Positions 36,295 through 49,760 of a stretch of 64,000 nucleotides of DNA are shown here, in pieces (positions within the stretch are counted from its first letter, which is position 1; each line of letters opens with the position of its first letter). A program made the translations under genes and the position numbers. Under the pieces are notes generated by a model. The model did not search any database, had not been told where the DNA came from, and saw only the letters and a program-made list of their open reading frames with translations. This DNA is from Eledone cirrhosa (Eukaryota): contig OZ024743.1 of NCBI GenBank assembly GCA_964016885.1, positions 125,736,001-125,800,000 of the forward strand, given 5' to 3'.

Positions 36295-38877
36295 TGTTTT
36301 TAGAAAATTAACCAGGGAGAAAGATAGTGGACAAATGACGTTTAAGTAAGCAAATCTAAACACGGATATAAATTGTGAAAAAATGTGATAAATCTATGTG
36401 GTCTGAGAAAGTGGGTATGTTTTGCAAGATTTTGTGTACCAGTCAAATTTCAGGTTTTAAGTTAGGGGCAACGCAGCGTATGGACTACTTGTGATAAAGG
36501 AAATTAAATAGTGTGGCTACAGTGGTAGGTATATAAGTGTCAGTATGTTTGTTCAGTTCGAACATAGCAATAAGTAAGTATTAACTATTGAAAGGATACA
36601 GGCAAAAATGGCCAAAAAATCACAGCATGATAAACTGGAACCTTATGACCATAAACACATTAACTAAACCTCCTTTAAGGTGACAAATGTTGAAGAAGCA
36701 TGCGTTTCAGAAACATGGGGTAGCTTATGAGAGTACGCATATAAAAAAATCTACTTGTCAAAGGCCAAATAGGAGTGATTTCGCTCAATGAACAACACTC
36801 AAGTTGTCTGATTGGTTAGATAATACAAATAAATGCGATGAAATCTACTGAACACAACTCACTGATGTGTGGTTGGCCAGAGGTCGCCATTTCACACTTA
36901 ATTGAGGTGCAATTAAACGGGGGAGACAACCGAGTGCAAAAACTAATCAATCATTCGCACAGTTTAGGCATGAGTGTGAAATAGCACAATCCACATACAG
37001 TAGGCATTAAAATTTACACCTGGACTAAATCGCACTTTCTTGGTTAGGAGTTTGAAATGACGCCAAAGTTCAAAGAAAAAAATTTAACTCCCCATTCCAC
37101 ACTTGTGGTGCAATTACACGGGGGAGACAACTGGGTGCAAAATTAAATTCAATCATCCTAAAGTTAACTAAACAAACTAAAGTTAAGTCAGGGGGATTTA
37201 AAAATTTGCTACTCCATTTGTAGGACGAGTAACCGATGCGTCAACTTTCATTTAAATTGACTTTTATTTCCAGAAGTTGAAATGCTTTGCTGCGACCATA
37301 ATATGAACTTTAAAAGTGGTACAAAGGAGCTCACTGCTCTCCCCAGGGGGTTCCCTTGCAAAAATTCAAGTGATAACGAATGTGTGGTGCTTTATCTTAT
37401 GGCAGGCAATAACCATTTTGTTTAGTTTTTGTAAGAATCAAGTATAAACTCGAGGTTATGGTGCTTTTTTATTGTGGCAGTTTGAAATTTTATAGGTAAT
37501 GGATTGGGCTCATTGTCCCCGAGGGGGTCCTCTTGCTGAATTGAAATGAAAGTAAATGTACCTCACTGTATCTTCATCTGTAGTACATGAATAACAACTA
37601 AGTCAAAATTTGTTTTATTGGATTACCAATTATCGAAGCTATGACGCTTTCCTGAATTACAATAGCCAAATTCAATAAATAACCCACCGGGGCTTACTGC
37701 CGCCTGGGGGTCCCCTTGCTTGTTCCAGGTATAGACAGTGTCTTCAACATCATCTTTTGTCCAGTAAAGTTAAAATCAAATGTAAACTTTAAAAGTTATC
37801 AGGTACTAATACAGTGTTAATGTGAACTTCAATAGATAAGTCGAAGGGGTTTCAAGGGTTCAAGTAAAAGTTCATGTGTTCACCTTCCTTTATAAGCCAA
37901 CTCAAGCAGTTATGACGTTTTGTTGCATTGATGATATCAACTTCAACATTGATCAAGTCGGTTTACTGCCCCCCAAGGGGTCCCCTACCTGAATTTCTGT
38001 GCAAGTGCATGCCTGCAAATTTATTTGTAGGCCATAAGCAAACAAACGATTAATTTTGGTGAAGATGGGAGGCAAACTGACTCCAAGCGAGAGGCTTAAG
38101 GGGGTTATCTGCCCCTGGGGGCTCCACAATCGATGTACGGAAAAATAAAATAGCCCACAACGCATAATAGGACTTCAGAAACCTATGTATCAAATTTGGT
38201 GCAAATCGGTTGTAAAATGTAGAAATGCACGCGGTTACCCAAACAGACAGACATGGTCACCCGGGGGCGGTTTTCTGCTAGTCTATATATCTAAAACAGA
38301 GAATGTCTGTCTGTCTGTCAGCTCACTAAAACTTGAGAACCATCCAACCGATTGTTTTCAAACTTTAGACATATAATACTTATGGTCCTGTGAGTGTTTT
38401 GAGCAAAAATTATTTCAAATTTTCAATGCCCTAGGGACCGCATTAGGCGATTTAGCGTTCTCTCTATATAATTCTTAGTCTTTCTTTTTAGATAGATACA
38501 TAGATATAACGTTGCGCCCTTATAATATCTGTCTGTATATCTGGCTGTCTGCATTACGTCATTATGACGCGCTCAGCGCGATTCCCTCGGCCTCAGTGAC
38601 CAAAGTCAGTGGAGAGGGGAAGGTAATGTTTCTGTAGCACGTGTTTTAGCGTCTATTCACTCTCTTTCTCTCCCTCTCGTAGTCTGTCTCTTTCTTTCAC
38701 TCTCACTCTCTCTCTACGCACGTGTTTCCACTGTCGGACAGATAGACAGAGAAATTGCTGGTTATATATATAAGTAGATAAATGGTAATCTTTTTTTTTT
38801 AATATACCAAAACTATGTTTGGTATATTAAAATATGTTTGATGGACATGTATGAAACCAATGAAGTTCTCAACTTAC

Positions 38878-39018
38878 CAACTCAGGCAGTTTAATTTGAG
38901 ATGTTTGTTCTCGTAATGAAGCAGTTAGGTCTTTTATCTTGTCAATATGTTCCTGTTTTGGTAAATAGTTTTGAAGCCAACTGGTGTCTGGAAGTTGTTC
39001 TTTGAATTCCTCATATTT
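38878..39018 (-). CDS. OPA1: OPA1 exon 3 (KYEEFKEQLPDTSWLQNYLP...KLPEL)
   Basis: cttcag| ... |gtaagt; 141 nt, phase 0-0; resembles the OPA1 post-TM segment. Confidence 0.9.
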
Positions 39019-41625
39019 CTGAAGAAGTAAATAATGAAAAAAAAAAAAATTTTTTATCAACTACAAATAATATGCATATATATATTGTCCAACACAACCA
39101 AGTATGAATAAGCAGATGTAAAAGGATGATAATGATATATATATATCACCTGATGCCACAATAAAACACACCTATTGTACTCTGAAATGTGGTTGACTTT
39201 AGGAAGAACATCCAGCTGTAGAAACTATGGCAAATAAGGAATGTATGAGCAAGAGGTCTCTTCAACCCATCTATTCTTGGACCATATATTGTCAAACCCA
39301 TGCCATCAGGAAAAATAGATGTAAAATGATGATGATCATCATTGTTTTTACATTTGCTTTTCCTGATGCTGACACATACTTCATTTATTTAAAATACAGT
39401 GCTTATTCCTTTGAACTTTGTTGAACACCTAGGCTGCATAACAAACTGTTTATGTGGAATATAAACAAACAGCACTTATTGCTTCAATGGTGCCATGAAC
39501 ATGTAAGTGAAGATACACAGCCACCATATGTGCATGTGTGTAAGTTATGTTCTAAATAACAATTTGATATAGTTATTTAAAAGTGACCTATTCTTAATTC
39601 GTCCATTCTGAAGTTCAAAACTTCAGGTGGATGTTGTCTCATGCTCTCAGTGGACTGAATTATGAATACATTACTTCAGAGGATAGGGAGGGAGAATAGT
39701 TATAAGAGCCAGTTCAACTTGTGGAGCTCATTCATGTGAATTATTTTCGAAATTAATGGAAATACATAGGCAGTGTATTTCATTAGAAATATATTATCAT
39801 GTGATAGGAAGACATGGGACGAGGTTGTAACAAATGACCTCAAGAAACTGAACATTACAAAGATGATACAGATGAAACAACATGGTGAGAGAACTCTTCA
39901 GTCAGCCTAACATGTGACAACCTGTCTAGTGCTGGTGCCACAATTAAATGCACCCAATATAACCTGTAAAGTGTTCATGTTGGTGCTTTGATAAAGTGAT
40001 TGGTGTTAGGAAAGGCATCTAGCTTTAAAAACCATGCCAAAATTTAGAATGTATGAGCAAGATATTATCCAACTTATCTTGTCTAAGAGTGTGATAACCC
40101 ATCCAACCCATGCAAACATAGAAAATAGGCACATTATGATAATGATCTATGACAAAAAAAATCGATGTGAAGTGTTTAAATTGCAATTCTTGTTAGATAT
40201 AGTGTACTTAAAATCTATGTTTATTGACCTGAAGATAGAAGTGTAAAGAATAAAGCTACTGAATTGTCAGAACAATTTAATGACATTTCACAATGCCATA
40301 ATTAGCTGACCTTATGAACAAAGTAAGATCTCTAATACTACAAAGAATGAAGACATTCTAACCTCTCTCTCCACTTGAGATTTTGTCACCAGTTCACACT
40401 GAGATCATTAACTGTGTTCCATTGAGGAACTATTACAGCTTATGTCATACCATCATCATCATTTTATGTCCATTCTCCATGCTGGCATGGGTTGACAGTT
40501 TGTCACAGTCCAAGACCAGATGGGTTGGAGTGACCAATCTTGCTTGTTATGTTCCATATTTGGTATGGCCTTTATGGCTGAATACCTTTCCTAACACCAA
40601 CCACGTTACAGAGTGTACTGGGTGCATTTTATTGTGGCACCAGCATTAAAGCACTAAACTATTTTCTAAATCCAAATCTTCAATGTTAAAATAGAAGTAG
40701 TACCAATTTTTTTTTTACGTTGGAGTGTTTTTCACATGATTATGGGGTTATGAGTTCAATCTCCAAATCACATTGTGTCCTTCAGCCAACTCAGCTGAAA
40801 ATGAGTCCAGCAGCAACAATTGATCTTGTGACAGACTGAGATCCCATCCAAGGGGATATCTTGTACTCTCACATGAAAATGAGATAAGCTCTAGCCTGCT
40901 GAGTCTCTTGGGTTGAGAATAACTAACTTTTTGGCTGTGAAACCTTGTATTTTACCAAAAATCATAACAAAATGACTATAATTTAACTCTTTGAGTGTCA
41001 GAAGAAAACTGATACATCTTTTACCTCTTGCCACTTGTATGCCAAAGTCATACTGTGAAGCACAAAATGAAGCAGATTTAAATAAATATCTATTTTATTT
41101 TTCACAATTTTTTGGAAAACTGTAAAATTTAACATATAATACCAGACTGGGGCAATAAAATATCAAAAGTGGCATTGGCACTCAAAGAATTAAAAATAAA
41201 ACCCTTATTTCATGTTAAACACTTAATAACTGGTCACATATCATCATCATTTAACGTCCATCTTCGACACTAGCATGGGTTAGACGGTTTTGTTCCATTT
41301 GATGCGAGAGACTGTATCTTGCTCGTACGGAAGTGTCTCTGGCAGGTTTTTTTACAGCTGGATGCTCTTCCTAACACCAATCACATTTACAGTGTGGACT
41401 GTCTATATAGACCAAAAAGTGTTTTACGGCCAGTTTTCCTGCTAAAGCAGGCCCCATGACAACTTTCATACTGATCATAGACTCCTTTTTGATGCAATGT
41501 TTTACAGCCAGATGATGTCCCTGGTGCTAAGCCTTTTAGTCATCTCTTACAATATGCAGAAATACAGTGTACCTATTCAGTAGCTAGCCATGCATTAATC
41601 CTTTATTACAGTATTACTTTATTCT

Positions 41626-41829
41626 TAACAACCTGCAATGATTTAGCAAAAATGTCTAAAAACAGGCATATTAATTCAAATGTTTATAGAAGATTGTTGT
41701 AAAAATTAACAGTAAACTAGAATAAAGACTTCAATATTTTTATCTGTGATGCAGTCATGGTGCTATTTCGTACTTTTCAAGAATGTCTTGTAAATGTGGT
41801 TTCATGAGGTACAGGACGTCAAGAGTTAA
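41626..41829. mobile_element. Second TTAA-bounded MITE-like family (also 9152-9360 and 59657-59859)
   Basis: Three similar ~205-bp copies, TTAAC...GCAATGAT.TAGCA...GTACAG.ACGT..A.GTTAA. Confidence 0.55.
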
Positions 41830-41857
41830 GGAAAAAAAAACATTGATATCAACTTAC

Positions 41858-42209
41858 TTTAGAAACTGTGTAACCACCACCAATTGTTCCACCAAGAATT
41901 ACATATCGCAGCTTCAAAAGACGGCCTGCAAATCTGACAAGTAAGCCTATCTGTCGAGAACATGATACAGCAGTTGGTTTAGACACTCGAAGAAGTGGTT
42001 TGATGACCATCTGCTGAGAGTAGACATTTCCATGAAGACTACGAGACAAAATAGGATGGCAAACAATTCTGAAGGAAGATGTCAGTAATCTGATTGAATG
42101 AAGAGGCTTTACACATACAGGTTTCATAGTAGCTTGTGTAATACTTGAGAAGTATTTCTTACTTGCTGTACTATTGATAGCCTTGCGGACACATCTTTCA
42201 CACAATGGC
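41858..42209 (-). CDS. OPA1: OPA1 exon 2: targeting peptide and transmembrane anchor
   Basis: tttgtag|G CCA TTG TGT ... RLLKLRYVILGGTIGGGYTVSK|gtaagt. Matches the OPA1 LLKLRY.ILG...GGGY motif. 352 nt. Confidence 0.95.
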
Positions 42210-43883
42210 CTACAAAATAGAAATACAGACTTTTAGATCAATAATTAAATAATAAAAATTAATATAATAGTACATACAAACCTCAAAATGGAAGACAATT
42301 TATCATTACAATTTAGTGAACATTTATTTCATATCAACATAAGCTAGATTTTAATCAGTCTTCTGTTTTACAGAAAAAGTACTGTACATACTCATCATTA
42401 AATCACACATTTATGTAACTTATTTACTGAGACTACAAAACCTCAATTCAAAATATATGGTACATTTTAAATATATGTAAAATAAAGGTGTGACTTATGC
42501 ACATGTATAAACAACTCATGCGAGCATGGAAAAATGGACATTAAATGATATACTTCAACCGTTTTATGATTGTACTTCCAATGAAATTCTCTGTTTTAAT
42601 TAGTGTGGAATTTGGAGGGATTTATTAAAGCAATTAATTATTTCATTAGGATGGTATTTATAACACATCATCATTTCATCATCATCATATTTATAACACA
42701 TCATATTTATAACACATCTTATATATATTTATGTAGGTAGATTTTAATTTAAATAGAAACCATTTAAAATGGTGGCTTTGTCTCATAGAAGCAGAGGCAA
42801 TTTTGAATGGGTTGAAATCAAAAGGGTTTATGCTATTTCTAACAATTAGAAAATGTTTAAATCTATCTATAACAGATATTTTTTTAATGTAAAGGAATTA
42901 ACATTTAATGAATAATTGTTTTTATGTTAAATCTGAAAATCTGTATGAAAATAAAGTCTGAAATAGTTATATATTTTAGTTAAACATCAAAAATGGATCT
43001 TTGCCAGATTCAGATGATGAGTGGTCTAGTTGATCCATCAACAGAACTGGCAACTCATGAAATTAGCATGTAAGTGGCTGAATATTCCATGGATCAGTGC
43101 ACCCTTAATCCAATTCTGTGATATTCAGCATGACACAGTGCGTAACAAGGACTGACCTCTTGAATTACAGGTACAGTACATTCAACTAGTTTTTTAACAG
43201 TTTCTATCTATCAAATTTCACCCAAAATATTTGAGTCAACCAAAGGCTATAGTAAAGACAAGCATGGTTGGTAGGGTAATAAGTTTGCTTCACAATCATG
43301 AGGTCCAGGTTTGATCCCACTGCATAACATCTTGAGCATGTATCTTTATCATAGCTTTGAATCAACCCAAGTCTCATGAGTGAAATTGGGTAGATGAAAA
43401 CTGCATAGAAACCCATCAGACAGATTGTACCTGTAATTCAAAAGTCCAGCCTTGTCACATATTGTATAATGCTAATTGTGCCTGAGAATTACACTAAGGG
43501 TTCAAGTGTCTGTATAATACTCAACCACTTACATATTAATTCACAAGACATCATTGAAACTGACAGAAGATGCATTATTATGAGGCAGTGGATTGGCAGT
43601 ATCAATGGAGTATCAAATAAAATGTTTTTGAATTCAAATCCTGCCAAGGTCAACTTTGCCTTTCATCCTTCCAAGGTCAAAAAAGTACAAATACTAGGGT
43701 TGATAAAGTAGACTTTGCCCTTCTCCCAAATTGCTGGCCATGTGCCAATGTTAGAAAAAATTATGATGCCATGCAGTGGGATTCAACCTAAAACCTCATG
43801 ATCATGAAGCAAACTTCTAAACTAATTGGTTATGCTTGTATCTATAAGTCTTGTTTAACATTACTGTTTATTTAATTCCTTAA

Positions 43884-44081
43884 CCCTTTAGCATTTAAAC
43901 TGGCCATATCCGGCCAGAATTCTCTCACCTCTTTCTGTTCAAACAGGCCACCCATACTGATGTTAAGGTATGATTCTCAAAATAAATAATATTAAAATCT
44001 CATAGATTTGATATTATGTGAGATAAAGCCTTTACCACGAAAATACAATAGTATATATAGAGTAATGTAAATGCTAAAGGG
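43884..44081. mobile_element. piggyBac-type MITE
   Basis: TTAA|CCCTTTAGCATTTA ... TAAATGCTAAAGGG|TTAA. Confidence 0.8.
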
Positions 44082-45240
44082 TTAAATAAAATGCTGATTC
44101 TTTTTTGTGATGTTTATCTTTCACAACCAGTAATGTAGTGTCAATCATCCCAGACAAAACATGAAGACTCCAGTGATTACCGACACACAATACAAGAAGC
44201 AAAACTGACAAGACAAGTTAACCCTATCATTACCATGTTTCTAATGAAAGACACTGCCTATGATTTTTAAATAATAAAGAATTTGAGGGATTTTGTAAAG
44301 TAATTAGCCTTTTCATTTTTAAGTTGGTGTTTGGAACATAGCTTAATAAAGGTTTTAACATAACATTTTTAGAGAAATATAAACATTTAAAAATGGTTTT
44401 GTGTCATAAAACCACAGGTGGTTTCAGGCAGTTTGGTATCGAAATGGTTAATGAAAAGAGTAGCAAGATAGAAGTAAAATTTTCAATACCAACATCTGTT
44501 TTTCCATGTTGATATGGACTGAATGAGAATTTTTCCTAACAACACTCAATTGTTTTTTTTATGGATCTTTGAACATCTAATCTCTGAGGAGTATGTCTTC
44601 TGTTTAAATGGAACTTAAACAAATGTCACTGTGATGTTGAATACGAAGAGAAGTAACAAATACACAGGCACCCACACACGTCGGGCTTCCTCAGAATTTC
44701 CATCTACCAAATTCCCTGACAAGGCATTGGTAAGCCTGACACTGTAATAGAAGACATTTGCCTAAAGTGCCACAGTAAGATAGAACCCAAAGAATACATA
44801 GTAGTGAAACACGTTTCTAAATCATACAACCATGCCAGCACCTTCTTGAGCTATCCAATTAAATTGACAATTTGGTATGAGATAATTTCCACTTGGTATT
44901 CCAATTCCCACATAAAAAACAACAAAAAACTGAAGTTAAATGATTAGTTCAGGTACAACACAGCTTATTTGAGGGGATACAAAATAATAACTTACACACC
45001 CAGAAATGGTTTGTTACACATTCAATTAGTAACAAAGTTAAGTAGGTCTTCAGCTAGTCTTTTGTCTGATACTTTGAAGCTCACCGTATATTTCTAATGA
45101 AATATAATTCTTATGCACTTCAAATAATTTTGAAAGAAAAAAAAAATCCAGCAATTTGGAGGGGGTTTAGTAATATAACTAACTTTCTCATTATTAAGCT
45201 GATAATTGGAACCAAATTTAAAGATTCTTATATAAAATAA

Positions 45241-45425
45241 TTGTTTCTATTTTAGGCACAAGGCCAGCAATAACTCAGTACATTACTGGTACTTTATTTT
45301 ATCGACCCCGTAAGGATGAAAGGCAAAGTTAACCTCGGCGGGATTTGAACACAGATCATAAAGGGACGTAACTCTATGCTTCAAAGCATGGTGTCCGACT
45401 CTCTACCGATACTGCCAATCCACCA
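45241..45425 (-). mobile_element. SINE family 1 copy nested in a TTAA MITE
   Basis: Same core and tail. Confidence 0.85.
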
Positions 45426-47749
45426 ATTAGGGAAGATTTTTAGATAAATATAAACATTTTAAAGGAAACAATCCTGTATGATAGAACCAGAGGCAATTTC
45501 AGGCAGTTTGGGATCGAAAGGGTTAAATGACAGGGTTGAAATTACTAAATGTATTTTTATATAAATTACACCTTTTCCATGAAAATATAATGTAAAAAAC
45601 GAGCATGGGATTCCAACAATTACAATCACAGTAGCCTGTGGCAATCCCCAAGACACAATTTCTCTTCCCTTTGCACCCTTCTCCAACACAAATCTAAAAT
45701 ACTCAAAGAAAAAAAGACCAAGTCTGCTGGAGAATTTCTCCTTATCGTATGTGAAATAGTGTATGGTCCATACACCAGCATTCACCCTACTTACATCTTA
45801 ACTTTTTACATCAACATTCACCTCACTTAAATCTTAACTTTCTTTTCTTATCCTGTATCCCAACACCAACCTCATTTACAGTGAGTGCTGGGTGCTTTTT
45901 TGCCGTGGCACCCTCCACGACCACTTTGCAGTGGAATGATAGGGACGCCAGTCCCTATCATCTCATTTCTACAGCTGAGTAAACTGGAGCAATGTGAAAT
46001 AAAGTGTCTTGCTCAATCAAGGTTCAATCCTAGTCTATTTTGGTGGTAAATTTAATAAGTTGCCTGGTTTAGCACCACCACTTGGCCCTTAGGTGCCTTT
46101 AGCAGACCCATACTGTTGGAAATATTCAAACTAGGTCACTAGCTTGAGGATACCTTTCTTTCCCATCACCACCAGTCCCTGAAATGGGCAACGTGTATTA
46201 CTCTTCCCTCCTTGACTAAACAGTAAAAGAAAAATCCTTATCTTGTATGCTGCAAAAATATTTTGCTTTGACTGAAATTCTTACTGTTTAAATCCTTTTA
46301 TTACCATATTTCTGATGAAATACAGTCTGTAAGTTTGAAATAATAAAAAACTTGAGAGGAATTTTTTTAAATAACATTTTCATTAAGCTAGTGTTTGGAA
46401 CAAATTATACCTAAAATTATTGTGGAAGGTTTTTGAATATATAAACATTCAAAAATTAGCAGTTTGGTTTATAAAAATCCAGGGCCAGTTTCAGGCAGGT
46501 TGTTAACAAAATGATTAACTCCATTACTTGTTACAATGGCCTTTACTACCCCTTAAACTTATACACCCATCAAAGCTATTTGACTCTTTTGTTCAATATT
46601 AAATACATCCATTTCAATAGACCTCTTTATGAACTTCAGTAACTTCAACAACAAAACTCCTACTTTTTTTTTTTTATTCTCCCATTATGGCTATTCTGAA
46701 CAGTTTACAACAGCTAATAATACACTCTTCAATTTGTATCACCAACTGACCCAGCTACTCTCCAAGCACTCTTGATCTCTTCCATTTTTCCAAACTTAGC
46801 CTCTGTTCCTGTGTCATAACCTAGAGCAGTGGTTCATAAACATTCTATTGTGGAGTCCTTATACTATTTTCTAAAAATTCCAGAGCTCATAACTATATTT
46901 TACAAACTAACCTCACCACTGTTTTTCCATGATGGTATGGGTTAGGTGAGACTCCCTGAAGCAGGATTCTACAGCCAGATGCCCTTCATGATACCAACCC
47001 TCACTTTTTTTCAAGTAAGATACAGAGAATCTTTGAACATCTAACCAGAGTTGCTGGACAAAAATATATATATTTTATTTTGTAGATCTCGAAGAAGGGA
47101 GAGTGCTCATGTGCTTCAAAGGTGCTCCAATATCAGAGTTTGACACCATTAATGTTCACTCCTTTTGGAAGGGCTGAGTGTAGAGGTTGATACATAGCAT
47201 GGGGAGTTGGACACAATTTCAATTGTGATGTTAAGCCCTTTTGATACCAAACCACATGAAGCTGCCCATGGTTCTATGGTACAAAACTTTATATTTATTT
47301 TAAAACATTCCGATATAAATTTATGTAAGAACCTTTGTTAAGTTACATTCCAAACACCAGCTTAATAATGAGAAAGTTATTTATATTACCAAAATCTTGA
47401 TAATTTACAAAATTATTTGAAAAACTATTTTTCATTAGAAATTTGGTAACAAAGTGTTGTTTTTTTAAAATCACTTCCTATACATTAACTTCCTGCAAAA
47501 GAAATCAACTAGAAAACTTCTACCAAATAATATATCAATTCAAACTTATCCTTGAGATTTTTTTAAACCAAAAAATATTTCAGTTGCCATCGGTATACAA
47601 AACTCAGTTATGTCCTAAAATAGAATATATGGCTAACACTACACATATCAGAACATTTTGAACTTAATCCAAGAAAATACCAATACTCTTCACCCATTTT
47701 CTCATTCTTGAAGTATTTCCTCTCAACATCATTATTTTATGTCTGCCTT

Positions 47750-47925
47750 GGCAGTATCGGTAAAGTGTCAGACACCATGCTTTGCAGCATAGAGCTATGG
47801 CCCTTTACGTTTTGGGTTCAAATCCTACCAAGGTTAACTTTGCTTTTCATCATTACAGGGTTGATAAAACAAAGCACCAATAATGCACTGGGGTAATTGC
47901 TGGCCTTGTGCCAAAAGTAGAAACA
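47750..47925 (+). mobile_element. SINE family 1 copy with 19-bp TSD
   Basis: TSD ATTATTTTATGTCTGCCTT at 47731 and 47926. Confidence 0.85.
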
Positions 47926-48739
47926 ATTATTTTATGTCTGCCTTTCATGCTAACAAGGGTTGAACAGGTCAGGCCAAGAGATTTCATCTTGCTTATGTCT
48001 GTGGCTGGATGCTCTTTCTAACACTAACCACCTGGCACTAGCACTAACACTTTACAAGGTGTACTGGGTGCATTTTATAACACCATTCATTGTAGTCTCC
48101 AATCACTTAAATATTTCAATCTTTCCCATACTAACTCAACACTTTGTTAAATATGCCACCTCAATAGCTTTTCAACATTTATTCTGCATTTCCGTCAGTC
48201 TAAAATTTATAGTAGTCCATGTGTTTCATCTAGCCACTAACCTGTATCATCATCAGTTTTATATCCATTATTTTAGGCTATCATGGGTTGAACAAAACTT
48301 TCTGAGACAAAAGTCTATGACTAACTGCTCTTCCTAATGCCAATTCTCATTTCTATTTTGAATAAGTTACAGATCTTGCTCACCTAACCACTGACAAACA
48401 AGATCACTGTTTACATGGTATGTAAACAAATATCACCACATGCAATACCAAATGTGAAGAGGAGAAAAGTGATAAATGAATATACACCCACATCATCATT
48501 TTAAATTCACTTTCCACATTGGTATGGGTTGGATAGATTGCCATGGTCCGAGAGATGTCAGAGAACCATGCCTTGCTCATCACTCCATATTTTGGTATGG
48601 CTTCTATGGAAGGATGCCTTTCCTAATGCCAAGAACATTACAATGTGGACTGGGTGCTTTTATCATGGCACCAGTACTAGACAGGTTGTCATATTTTGGG
48701 CCAATATGAACACTTCTCTCTTTTTCTTTGCCACTAATT

Positions 48740-49760
48740 CTTGAGAGGGTTGTGGGGGAAGAGTCCTCAAACACTCCTTCCAGCAGGCCCTATCAGAAGC
48801 AACCGTCTCCAACTGATCTGGTTGGATTCCCAAGCAAGACCAGCCAAGCTCATGGATGTTATCCAACTATTTTGTTCAGGGTCTCCTGTCGGTTGGTTTT
48901 GCCTGTAAAATCTGTCCAGCAATTCTTTCCTGAGATATTCTAACCACATACCTATAATATTGCAGCTGTGAGCTCTCAATTCGGAGAAGTAGCGGTTCTA
49001 CCTAGAGTGACTCTCTAATCTCTGAGCCACACACTCTATTGAGTAATGTTATTCCAAAAACCCTTTGGAGAAAACCTCATTTCGGCCACTTGTATTCACA
49101 ATTGTATTCTTTTGGTCATTACCCAAGATTTATGACCATGGTTAGTGTTGGCATGAATACCGAATTGAAGTTAGCAAGCTTGGCTTTTACACCGACCTCC
49201 TTTCTTCTGATTACTGAAGCTGGCACATTACTGCACCAGCTTCTGCAGTTCTTGCACTTAATTCAGCCTCTTGCCTTCCACCACTCGTGAACATGGCCTC
49301 GAGATACTTGAAGTTCTCTACCTGCTTCAGGGGAACGCCATTTACATGCAGAGTGCACTGTGCAGGCTTCCTTGTGAGGACGAGTGTCTCAGCACTGATT
49401 TTCATTCCAGCCATGCAGCACTCGAGTGCAAGTCGGAGATCACCTTCTGTCGAGTTAAGTAACACCATGACGTCTGCAAATTCCAGTTGACTGATTTTAC
49501 ACCCACCAGTCATGATACAACTCGGCTGCGCATGTCAATCCTGTTTATGTAAATAATGAACAGGAGAGGTGACAGTACCCACCTTTGGCGGAGTCGGACT
49601 CCCACGTTGAATGGTTTCGATTTAGCACCATTTATGTGGACACAAATACCGGGCATTCATATAGAGACATCAGGTCGACAAGAAGCTGACCATCGATCCC
49701 ATACTCCTGCAGAACCTTCCACAGCAGATCTCGAGGAATGCGGTCATATGCCTTTTAATT
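48740..49760 (-). mobile_element. Degenerate RTE LINE RT/3' fragment (different subfamily)
   Basis: GVRLRQRWVLSPLLF, FADVMVLL, GMKIS, QVENFKYL motifs. Confidence 0.8.

Larger units (their letters stand above)
34415..38778 (-). mobile_element. Non-autonomous, internally deleted composite Helitron
   Basis: Minus-strand 5' end A|TCTACTTATATATATAAC; 3' end GGGCAACGCCGGGTACCTCTGCTAG|T (GC-rich subterminal motif + CTAG). Inserted between A and T with no TSD. Carries RepHel remnants. Confidence 0.9.
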
